DNA of 64,000 bases from Convolutriloba macropyga (lineage: Eukaryota). The stretch lies in contig NC_134470.1 in assembly GCF_964194025.1 (NCBI RefSeq), positions 16,740,001-16,804,000 of the forward strand. The letters are read 5' to 3'. The position numbers were made by a program, and so were the translations under genes. This document shows positions 1 through 9,309 of this stretch, one piece after another. The notes under the pieces were generated by a model. That model was not told the DNA's origin. It ran no database searches and saw only the letters and a program-made list of their open reading frames with translations. Within the stretch, counting starts at the first letter, position 1. Each line of letters starts with the position of its first letter.

Positions 1-563
1 TAAACGATGGAGGAATGACAACCTTACGGATAACTTCCGTTAGTAAACCGAACAGTTTTCTTAAAATTATAAACAGTTAAATTCTAATGAATAGGCATCA
101 TCGATCCATATCAATCTTAAAAGATACATGTCATGAATAATTACCAGATCGCGCTTCAGAAACTCAACTTTCTAAATTTGTCATTTGAACGCTTACTTTT
201 AACGATAGTAACTTCGTGCAATTGCCAATTTCAATTCTTAAATTTGCTCAGCTCCCCCAAGGGGAGTCGGCCACTCTAACTATTTGGACAAAAAAGACCT
301 TACTAACACTTAGAACACAAAGCCCAATTTTTCAAAATTAAATTTCAACGATTACTCTTATAAAATTCATTAAGCATCAAATATCCCTTAAAATCCTTCT
401 TCTATAAACCGTATACGCCTACATCAATATAATATATCAGTTCCTCATAGCTATATTCATTTCAGAACAGAAAGGGTTGCAAGCAATCTAGCTAAATGAA
501 GAAACCTGAGCTCATCATAACCCAAATAGAGCTTTTCTAATGCAAATTTAATAAACTCAGTAG

Positions 564-1091
564 TCAGGCATTTGAGGTTGCTGCCATGTTAGACGCTGCT
601 ACATCATTCAAATTGTGTACTTTCATATAATGCTTCTTAATGGCAGATTTAGTCTTGATAGTAATCTCACAAATCTGACACTTCATGATCAAATCTGCAC
701 CACCGAAATGCTTCAACTTGTAATGGGTCTTCAAGTGGGTTTTCTGGGTTGCTGTGTAATTGCACATTTTACAACTAAGATCGCTATTTGAAATCTCGGG
801 CATTAAGCCCATTTGTGTCAAATCATTGTGTAAAGCTTCGAAGTTGCCTTTGATTGGAGCAACGGCTGCCCTTTTCACAACAGATTGCTGGTTTCTCGGA
901 GCTGGTCTTTTCACGCCAATTGGCGGCAAACTTAAATCATTGTTCCCTAAAGGGCCGGTGATTTCGCTGAACGTCATTTCTCCAATGCATTCTTTACTTT
1001 GCCTAATCAATATGTCCATTACTGAATCAGATCTGATCAACTGCTGGAAACAATCTTGCAGAATTCTTATTTCAACTGCGTAAGAAATCAT
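564..1091 (-). CDS. C2H2 zinc-finger protein with two C-terminal fingers; may be the terminal exon of a longer gene
   Basis: CKMCNYTATQKTHLKTHYKLKH and CQICEITIKTKSAIKKHYMKVH fit C-x2-C-x12-H-x4-H. The true 5' end is uncertain; a possible acceptor (ttcttacgcag) lies near 1076. Confidence 0.75.
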   Translation of the reverse strand: MISYAVEIRILQDCFQQLIRSDSVMDILIRQSKECIGEMTFSEITGPLGNNDLSLPPIGVKRPAPRNQQSVVKRAAVAPIKGNFEALHNDLTQMGLMPEISNSDLSCKMCNYTATQKTHLKTHYKLKHFGGADLIMKCQICEITIKTKSAIKKHYMKVHNLNDVAASNMAATSNA

Positions 1092-2104
1092 AATGGCTGA
1101 AATCTCACTAAAAATGCCTGGTCAAGTCATAATAGCTCAACTGTTTGTTCATAAAACTTTCGTAAAATTTTAAAAATTGTTTCTTTCTGAACAGCCTTTT
1201 GCCGAAATCTTCTTAAGATTTACTGCTCAGATGCCTATTAAACTCTCTTTATCGAAATAACTCGAGGAAGTATTAATTGCAGTCCCTAATAAGCAAATTT
1301 TGAATGAACGCGGGGGTGGTAAATAAAGCAGCAAATAATCAAGTTAACGACATCCTGTTTCTCAAACCCAACTTATTGTGGAACCGGTTATACCCATCCC
1401 TATCATACTATTCCTAATGGAAAATTCCCATCATACCATCCCCATCACAAAATTCCTAATGGAAACTGTTTAATAAATAGGTTGTAAACAATTAGTAGCA
1501 AAGGAGGTCCAGAAAGGGGCGCATCTCAGGTCCAGTTCATGAATATCAACAAACGTAAACTTTGGATAAAAACTGATTTCGAATAAATTGAATTATGGAT
1601 AGCTTCAGAGAACAGATGTGAACATAGAATAATTTTCAACTAAGGGGTTAAGATTAAAATATCTACGGCACAGTTTGCAATTCACAGATAAGCATTTAAA
1701 GACATTACATAACATTCGCAATATTTTTCTAGCACAATTGTTGAACAAATTCAACTTTTCTCGATAATGGATGTAAGCAGGATAGTGGATCACAACCTAC
1801 GTGCTGTGTTGTGTGTATTGTTAGTTAGGGGAGCACTGACTAGCACAAAGCGGGACTCGCACGTTATAACCTGAACTATACTACTCATAATCCAGGTGGT
1901 TATAACTCCAAATCCTACGTCATATCGAATGCTGATTGGGTTCTGATTGATTTGTTTTATCATTTGGCAATTGTAAGTGATATCCAAGCACAAGTTGCTA
2001 AACTACTACCATTCACACGTCAACGTACGGTTAGCGCAGCTATGTCCGATAAATACAACTACCCACACACGCATCAGACATCTGCTTTTATTGTTAAAGG
2101 GATG

Positions 2105-3277
2105 CTATCTAGCTTTGAACTGGACGCTTTTTAAAATCAATATTCTTGACTGCAGAAGGCTTTTGAGAACTTCGCAATGAAATCTGTCATCATCACTTGT
2201 CCTCTTCAGATCTTTGAGTTGCTCTAACTGTTCTTCGTACTGTTTGCGTTTGAAGTCGAGAACTTTGCGCAATAGTATTGGTTGCTTGGGGAACTCTAAC
2301 TCGCCTCCGAAGTACTGTCCCAGAAAGTAATCGAAGTCGTTCGTCTTGAGAGCTGCTAGCATTGTTATCAACGTCCAACTTGGTTCCGCGTCTTGTATGA
2401 AGAAGAGTTCTTTGCCACAAAGTTTCTCGAACTCATTCGAAGGTCTCATTTTGTCACTGTAAGATTTGAGCGATGAGAGCAGATCTTCTTTAGTGAAAAT
2501 TACACAATCGTGTGAGTTGTTGTGAGAGATAAAGCCATATTCAATGAGGAGAACGTAATTGTTATGCGCACCGTAATGCAGAAATATTTCTGCGTCTTTC
2601 TCGATATCACTAGTCGCGAAAATGTCACAACCATCTACATTGACATCATAGTCTGTCGATACGTCAGGGCTGTGATTACACATGTCCAAATAGGGTATCA
2701 ACACCATGTTGTTCTTAATTCTAGAACAATCTAGAAGAGGGTTTAGATGTTCTGCAACGTAGAAACACCTTGTGTTCACGCAGCAGAATGCCCACATGAT
2801 ATCAGCAGCAGTTATGTCTAGAGTGTATTCGCACGCAACTCGTTCCAGCTTTCGCGAACAGACGTCGACATAATCACAGAAATCTGAGTACTTAGTGATC
2901 ATTTCGGTGGGTAGAAGTTGTCCGACTTCTTTACGCCACACGACAGGAAGCGAGAACTTCTTGGGCAAACTTTGAACAAAGTGCTTAAAATCAGATTGAG
3001 CGCCTTTATCGAATTCAATGATGAGAAACGCCATCATTAGCTGCATAGGGTCAAGCTCTTGCGGATACTGCATTAGATACTTGCCAATTTGCGTCTGTCC
3101 GATTATAAACTGATTATTTATGATAAACTTGGGGGGACAAAAGAGAATCTTTTCACCCTTTTTAATCGACCGCGATGCCCGCAGACACCTTCCACCCATC
3201 TTAGGGTTCTCGTGAATGTAGGTCGAATCGGTTTTGATGCCATTTTGGGTCGCCCAAGTGGAGAACTCCCGGGACAT
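2105..3277 (-). CDS. SETD4: SET-domain lysine methyltransferase, SETD4-like (Rubisco-LSMT family), intronless
   Basis: Motifs GRCLRASRSIKKGE, WAFCCVNTRCFY, LIPYLDMCNH, EIFLHYGAHNNYVLLIEYGF. First ATG is at 3277; the ORF-track start at 3316 is a TTG. Confidence 0.85.
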   Translation of the reverse strand: MSREFSTWATQNGIKTDSTYIHENPKMGGRCLRASRSIKKGEKILFCPPKFIINNQFIIGQTQIGKYLMQYPQELDPMQLMMAFLIIEFDKGAQSDFKHFVQSLPKKFSLPVVWRKEVGQLLPTEMITKYSDFCDYVDVCSRKLERVACEYTLDITAADIMWAFCCVNTRCFYVAEHLNPLLDCSRIKNNMVLIPYLDMCNHSPDVSTDYDVNVDGCDIFATSDIEKDAEIFLHYGAHNNYVLLIEYGFISHNNSHDCVIFTKEDLLSSLKSYSDKMRPSNEFEKLCGKELFFIQDAEPSWTLITMLAALKTNDFDYFLGQYFGGELEFPKQPILLRKVLDFKRKQYEEQLEQLKDLKRTSDDDRFHCEVLKSLLQSRILILKSVQFKAR

Positions 3278-3610
3278 CCAACCAACGCAAACTGAAACGT
3301 TCACTTCATTGATCAAGATTGGTGTTCATATAAACAACAATAGACATTTTTTGAATATCGAAAAAGCGTTCCATCTCATCAACGGTCTTCGATATATATT
3401 TAAAGTACTATAGCATAAGCATTAAAAAGAAAGTCAAACTGTATCGCTAAGCTCTGCCCCCCCCCCCCCCCCCACCAACCTGTCGCTTTAAGAGATAAAT
3501 ATCTTTAGACCATCTATATAAAAGGTTTGTTCGTACTCTAATAAACCAGTACACAACTCTAATGGTATTCTAATGACCTTAAAAACATTACTCAAAGAAG
3601 GGAAACTTAC

Positions 3611-3744
3611 TTAACACGAAACGCGCACGTTTTAAAATGACGAAAGTCAACGGAAGTCAACTTCTGGCTAAATAGCAACTTCTGGCATTTTGACTTCTGG
3701 CACTGTACTTTCGGCATTTTAAAATGTGCACGTGAGTGTTTTAA
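3611..3744. mobile_element. Small inverted-repeat element (MITE-like) between the divergent SETD4 and EF-hand genes
   Basis: gcacgttttaaaatgacgaaagt ... actttcggcattttaaaatgtgc inverted pair enclosing three acttctggc repeats. Confidence 0.55.
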
Positions 3745-4131
3745 CATGAATGACCAGTGAAGTCAATCTTAAAGTCACGCGACGGCTGCTGACAACAGCA
3801 AAAGATCACGCCCATTATATTTTAATCGATATCGGAAAATTAGCACAAAATTGCTACCAAAAATTTTGCCTCAATTATCGTTTTGTCCGGTACGACTACA
3901 CAGAAAAGCAGTTATTACGTCACACAATCTCGAATCGAGTACACAGAAGAATCATTTCCGTTATAACCCCCATTCATGGCTCCGCTCATGGGTTTTTCCC
4001 ATTTTAGCTGCTTTAGCAGCTTTAGTGAATATAATCATGTAAATAAGTTTTTGTGAATGCGGGAATTGGGAATGACAAGGGATGGTAGGCAATTAGCGGA
4101 AAAGATGAAAAAAGTAGAGCTATTGGGAAAA

Positions 4132-4273
4132 ATGAACATATTTGCGGACATGCCAACAGAGGGGGAGATAGAGGAATTGTACGGGGAGTTCTGCCAGATA
4201 GACAAGAAGGAGACTGGCACCATACCAGTTGACCGGATGACCCAACTGATGAGCAGTGCTACGAATACCAAAG
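4132..4273 (+). CDS. Calmodulin-like / myosin-light-chain-like EF-hand protein, exon 1
   Basis: MNIFADMPTEGEIEELYGEFCQIDKKETGTIPVDRMTQLMSSATNTK resembles calmodulin helix A and EF1. Ends AAG|gcaact (phase 1). The start could be 4132 or 4150. Confidence 0.75.
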
Positions 4274-4279
4274 GCAACT

Positions 4280-4423
4280 GGAATCTTTTCTGTTTGTGCC
4301 CCCAACACCCCCCCCCCAAGCTTAGTGGGTGCACACTCGCCAAATGTGCCATTTTTTTAGCTGCATAACGTACTGAGCTGCATAACGTACTGCGTGGATT
4401 GGGGGCACGAACGGATAAGATCA
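4280..4423. mobile_element. GGG-ended poly-C/poly-G MITE copy just after the exon-1 donor
   Basis: TIR ggaatcttttctgtttgtgcccc ... ggggcacgaacggataagatc; internal agcttagtggg motif shared with other copies. Confidence 0.7.
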
Positions 4424-4665
4424 GGGTAACGTTTCCTCCTCATGGCCTTTCAGACTTAAGCGAAGTATTTCAGACGACACAAAATTATGATCGAAAGGCC
4501 ACATGAGGGTCTATTTTCATAGGGAAAAAACCTCAATGCAATGGGTTTACACATTAACAGAAAAGATCGCATCAAGATATTAATAGATATACGAGATAAT
4601 ATTAATAACTGAGCACATCTCTGCTTACCACTCACAATTTTTCCATTTATTGTCTGAAAAAAAAC

Positions 4666-4821
4666 GGTTCTTCCCCATTGTAGCCCCCCTCCCCATTATG
4701 GTATGCTCGCTCGTTGGGGGGGGGGGGGTATGTGGGGCTATACGTTATACGACGACTAACCTGGGGGGATACATATGACCAATAAGCTGGGGGGGGGGGG
4801 GGGGATAATGGGAAAGACTCG
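4666..4821. mobile_element. MITE, CCCATTATAG TIR variant
   Basis: ggttcttccccattgtagccccc ... gggggataatgggaaagactc; related to 19110-19231. Confidence 0.65.
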
Positions 4822-4952
4822 AAAAAATTTAATATCACATGACTTACTCCTCCATTAGCATTTTAGTGGCCTCCGTTACCATTTTAGTGGAAAAAATTTA
4901 TTTGTCTTAGAATTATCTCCAATCCTGAATAGATCTTGGTTAATACACTAAT

Positions 4953-5111
4953 TGGATCTTCTCCGTTTGTGAGACCCCCTCCCCCAACGTTCTTCTTTGT
5001 ATCCCCCAGACGCACATGACATATTTTTACACAATGATTTGGTATGTATTGGTACGTTCTCTGTAACTGGGGGTCCTAACATAATGGGGGCGGAACAAAC
5101 GGAAAGGTCCC
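4953..5111. mobile_element. MITE copy, CCGTTTGTG TIR variant
   Basis: ggatcttctccgtttgtg ... acaaacggaaaggtccc; internal cccccagacgcacatgacatattttt. Confidence 0.65.
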
Positions 5112-5229
5112 AATCTAAAAAAGGGAGGTAGTCCAGCTACGTTCCACTGCAGGAATAGCACAGAGAACGTAGACAATTACCTTAAAATGATAAGAGGAAG
5201 CAGTATCTTAATGCCGCATGTATTGTCAG

Positions 5230-5394
5230 ACTGGACTGAAGAGAGCGTGAAGCAACTTCTCGAAGAGTGTGACGTCACACCCTGCGAGGAATACGAATTT
5301 GAGGACTTTCTTCACATCCTCACCATTTACAGAACAAAAGAGAACAACAATAAACTCATCTCCAAGCTCAAAGAAGCCGACACAGATCATAAAG
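5230..5394 (+). CDS. Calmodulin-like EF-hand protein, exon 2
   Basis: tgtcag|AC TGG: (D)WTEESVKQLLEECDVTPCEEYEFEDFLHILTIYRTKENNNKLISKLKEADTDHK(G). Ends AAG|gcaaaa (phase 1). Confidence 0.8.
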
Positions 5395-5475
5395 GCAAAA
5401 AACTTCTTTAAAAATCCCTCCTCCCCTAACCTCGTCAAAAACCAATTCTGCATTTCAGATAAGTTGACCGGTCTG

Positions 5476-6003
5476 GTATACCAATTTTCCATCCTTATTT
5501 AAATCCCCTATCATTTCGCCCCCATTTATTCACCCCTCCATCATTTCACCCCGAGGATCTTTTCCGTTTGTGCCCCCCCCCCCCCCCCCCAGTACGTTAT
5601 GCCCCCCCCCCCCTCAGTGACAGAACACGTGCCATTACATAGTAATTCATTATGTAAAAATATGGCACGAGCGTCTGGAGGGTGCAAATAATATGCGCCC
5701 ACTAAGCTGGGGGGGCACAAACGGAAAAGATCCCCCCCCCCATTTTCATCTTGTATAATTAGGACCATTAAATTAGTAAAATAATCATTGGCCATGATCA
5801 TCTCTCAGCGGCGCGTGGGACTTGACCTGAAACTATCACAATCCACCATGAAATCACGTAATCCGCTTGGTAATGACAAAACATGTCTCCAATGTCGACT
5901 GCTAACTGGCGGGTTGAAATGATAGAGGGATTAAATGATAGGGGGTGAAATAACAGTGTTAAGATATGCGGGTTTAAATGAATCGGGATGAAAAAAGTAG
6001 AAC
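5476..6003. mobile_element. Older inverted-repeat element hosting the MITE at 5556
   Basis: Left cccctccatcatttcacccc versus right gggttgaaatgatagaggg; degenerate terminal inverted similarity. Confidence 0.4.
5556..5733. mobile_element. Well-preserved MITE with perfect ~25-bp TIR
   Basis: ggatcttttccgtttgtgccccccc ... gggggggcacaaacggaaaagatcc. Confidence 0.85.
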
Positions 6004-6424
6004 CTTTAATCAGGTACCTTTTTCTCGCCGATTGCGGAGTCATCAAGAGTCAACTCGAGCTCTCCCAAAATTAAACCCAAATATTTAATACAAGGCAAAA
6101 CGGTGTTTACTGTGCAGAGTACATCTTTTCAACACAGATTTTCAAAAAAGCGCCCTAACTAAAAACCGCAAAATTTAGGGATCTTCTTTGCTTGTGCTCC
6201 CAAGCATAGTGGGCACATACAGATATTAAAAGTCTAGCAATCGATTCTTTCCTTACCGACAAGTTGTACAATTTGTAAATGACCTGGAATTCAGTCAAGC
6301 GTACCAAAAATAAATAACCAAATAGACGAAACTCCCTAAATGCTATCAAAAATTGATAAGGAGGGTACAAAATTGATTGAAAATACTTAACGCTTAACTC
6401 AAGGCCAAGTGGTACAAAAAACTG

Positions 6425-7708
6425 AACCTAACCGACTAAAGTCGGGCGAAATGCTCTCAAACGACGGTTGAGCGGTTGGCTTGGGTAGTAGTCAAGCTGG
6501 GGCTTAGGTATGCTAGCATTGGGAGGGGTGAGCGGAGTGGGTCAAGCAATGGGGGGAGGGTTGTGCGAGAGCTACGCTGGAGGATAGTAGACGGGGGTGT
6601 GTCGGTGAGGGGTTGGGTGACTGAGGGGAGGTGTCAAACTTCTAAGACAAATAAGCTCCCACTCATATCCCGAAATTCTATTCAAAACTTTGTCAATTTT
6701 GGTGGATCGGATACTCAGAGACTAAAAAGGCGTAATATTCTTTGAATGCTGCTCGGCCACTTAATGCTATACTGCTGGTCCGTACATTAGATAACGACGG
6801 GGTTAATCGCGGGACCACATGTATAACTAGAGAGTTCAACCCCTAGTTTTACTTTTGGTATATAGTTGAGTATTAAAGAAAGTTAAATGCCAATATGAAT
6901 TAATTAGTTATGTTAAATGGCATCAAATATGAACCGAGCATTAAGGGATAGAATAGTTAAAGTTATTAAAATTGAGATAGCACTAGTTAGCACAGGTTGA
7001 AATATTCTAAGTTAACTTATAACTTAGATAGAATTTAAGAGATGTTAAATTATAACTTAGAGAATTTAAGCTGAACTTACCTGATTTCAAAATTTGTGCT
7101 AAGTTAATATTTTCTGACTTAGAGAGTTCATAAAGAACTTGTCACAAAATATTCTAAGTTAAAATCTATCTCAAGTAAGCTTGAGATTTAAGCAAGGGAG
7201 CAATACGGGAGTATGATTTAAATCAGAAGTTACCAGGGACCAAATTGTGCTGGTGGTTGAGCGTGCAAGCTCCTTTTATACTTGCGGCCACGTGGTTCTC
7301 TAGTATCCTATTGGATAGAGATAGCAGTGTCGACAGAGTTACCAAGGTTAAGTTGGTGTTCTCAAAGTGGCGTGATAACATCACGTCATGGTATTCTCAG
7401 TTTGAGTTATTGATCTTAAAACAGTAGTTTATTTGAAACTACTTAGTAATTTGTTCACACGTTAAACTGGACTTTGTCCAATTCAAGTTTGTGCTTCACG
7501 CACTATAACGTAAATTCTCAAAAAAGCACTAAGGTTATCGAAAAGTGTTACTGAGTGTAGCACACTTCAGTACAATGCCCTCTGAGCGCTACCTGATCGT
7601 CCCGTTTTTGAGGACGGTCAAATGGGTCAGATGAAAAATCAGTCAGGCGAAAAATCGCATAAAAGACAGTACTAATATAATTGCTACAAACTTCGTTTCA
7701 GAGCAATA
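6425..7708. mobile_element. Helentron-like non-autonomous element (family A) interrupted by a solo LTR
   Basis: Terminal hairpin ccgac-taaa-gtcgg, subterminal IR tgctctcaaacga / tcgtttcagagca, and aattgctacaaacttcg end; same ends as 61188-61449. Confidence 0.6.
6768..7574 (-). mobile_element. Solo LTR (~807 bp)
   Basis: Termini tatactg ... cagtaca (TG..CA with one change); 4-bp TSD ATGC at 6764-6767 and 7575-7578; minus-strand CCAAT (~7310) and TATAAAAG (~7273-7280). Removing it restores the cacttaatgccc sequence seen near 61297. Confidence 0.7.
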
Positions 7709-7849
7709 AATAACCGTAACAAACAAAAACTTCCGGAGTAATAATTGAATTGCTATTATAAATTTTTTAACAGCCTTTTTGTTGGTCTTACTCATATACG
7801 CTAGTGTTGACACGTTTCTTAGAGGCAGTAGTAGCTCGAAAGAGTTGTC

Positions 7850-8335
7850 ACTCAGATTACCAGAAAATAGCCGCAATAGCTTCGTAGATCTGCAGTCCCG
7901 AAAAGAAAACAGACCAAAAAAATTTCTTTTTTAAAATGCTGAGATCATATATTTTGATTAGGAATCTGTTTAAATTATTGCTGCTTCTAATAGTTGCTCT
8001 CAATTAACCTTCAATTAGAGTGACACGCACTCACTTGAGCTTATCTCTGAGTTAAAGTAAAGAAAAGTCAGTTTCAGAGTGACGAAGTCATTTTTGAGAG
8101 TGAGGTGAGTTATGCGTGACCAAAAACTTAACCGCGCGAATGAACAAAAAACTCACTCCAATAAGAGTGAAAAATAACGTCACGCTCGCAATTCAGTTGA
8201 AATTGCATGAACGAATGAACAAAAAGCAGATTTTGATTGTGACGTCATATGGTCGTAACAAAACTCTTGACAATGAAATAAAAAAAACCAAGAGAAGGCC
8301 AATAATAGACCCAGCTATCGCTGTGCGGCTATTAA
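7850..8335. mobile_element. Helentron-like non-autonomous element (family C)
   Basis: Subterminal IR aatagccgca ... tgcggctatt; core shared with copies at 49397, 50763 and 56075. Confidence 0.65.
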
Positions 8336-8942
8336 TAAGAAATGATGTTATTACAGAAAAATAGCTTTCATAGATGGTCTAAGAAATTGTATTTTATTTA
8401 AAATCTGACTCAAAATAATAAGTTTAGGAATGTCGACTAAAGTAGTGCGGTGTGAATCTTATGCTGGGCGAAGGGTCCTCTAGCTTCTAACTGAATAATT
8501 GAAGTTGAATGGTGTAGAAAAGTCGGGATTTCAACTCAAATAAAACAATTTAGATCATCCAAAAATTCCTATTCGCCGAAAATTTCTAGCAAAAATTCTA
8601 AATTCCTTAAAACTAGGCACAAAAAAAAAACAAAACACCACCGGGACAGAAAAAATGCATTAAAAAGACATGAATTAAATGCTAAAATTTTTGTTTGAGC
8701 AGAGAAAGCAATGTTTTACATCAAAAGAAACTTATCCTTCCGACATTGGTCTTATCTTTACGTTCAAAAGGGCATAAAATAATAGTTTAATAATAATATA
8801 TATAGTTTAATAATAATAATAATAATATTATGCTTCAATGATAATGCGAATTTTTGTCACATTTTCATAGGTTAGTCATTAGATTACGTTGAATGATGTT
8901 AGGAAAAGAAATGAATGACAAATTAATGGGGAGAAATTTCAG

Positions 8943-9094
8943 GATTTCTGAGCCCAGCCATCCTGGAGGAAAAGATGAGAGAACTGGACAAGAGCTTTGA
9001 TGAGGACGACATCAAGTACTGGGTAGACGAAACAAGCGTGAACGAGGCCGGCGAAGTGAACTACGAAAAGTTTTTGGAAAATTACACCAAATAG
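8943..9094 (+). CDS. Calmodulin-like EF-hand protein, exon 3 (terminal)
   Basis: tttcag|GA TTT: (G)FLSPAILEEKMRELDKSFDEDDIKYWVDETSVNEAGEVNYEKFLENYTK*. The spliced CDS is 142+165+152=459 nt, giving 152 aa (calmodulin-sized). Confidence 0.8.
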
Positions 9095-9309
9095 ACCTCG
9101 ATAAAGAAAGAGAAATCCATCCATGGACACCAGCAATAGATATCATCCTTATAACAAAACGCTAGCTTTTATATGGTTCAGCTAAATAATGCATTAATGC
9201 AGTTAATTGATGGGTTGTAAAAACTTAACCATTTGCCTTGATAATTTGAGCCCTATTTGTACTGAAAATCTCAACCATCCAAAAGCTTAAAGCCGATTAG
9301 ACATTGAAT

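Noticed and set aside
250-280. Helitron 3' end (ctcccc-caa-ggggag hairpin then CTAA)
   Set aside because: Not followed by T, no 5' end or second copy found.
1392-1466. Duplicated ccatccc..ttcctaatggaaa unit as a regulatory element
   Set aside because: Two imperfect copies only; indistinguishable from a local duplication.
4057-4368. ORF as a complete 103-aa protein
   Set aside because: EF-hand similarity stops at 4273 and the rest is MITE read-through; the first ~25 codons resemble the repeat end at ~5985.
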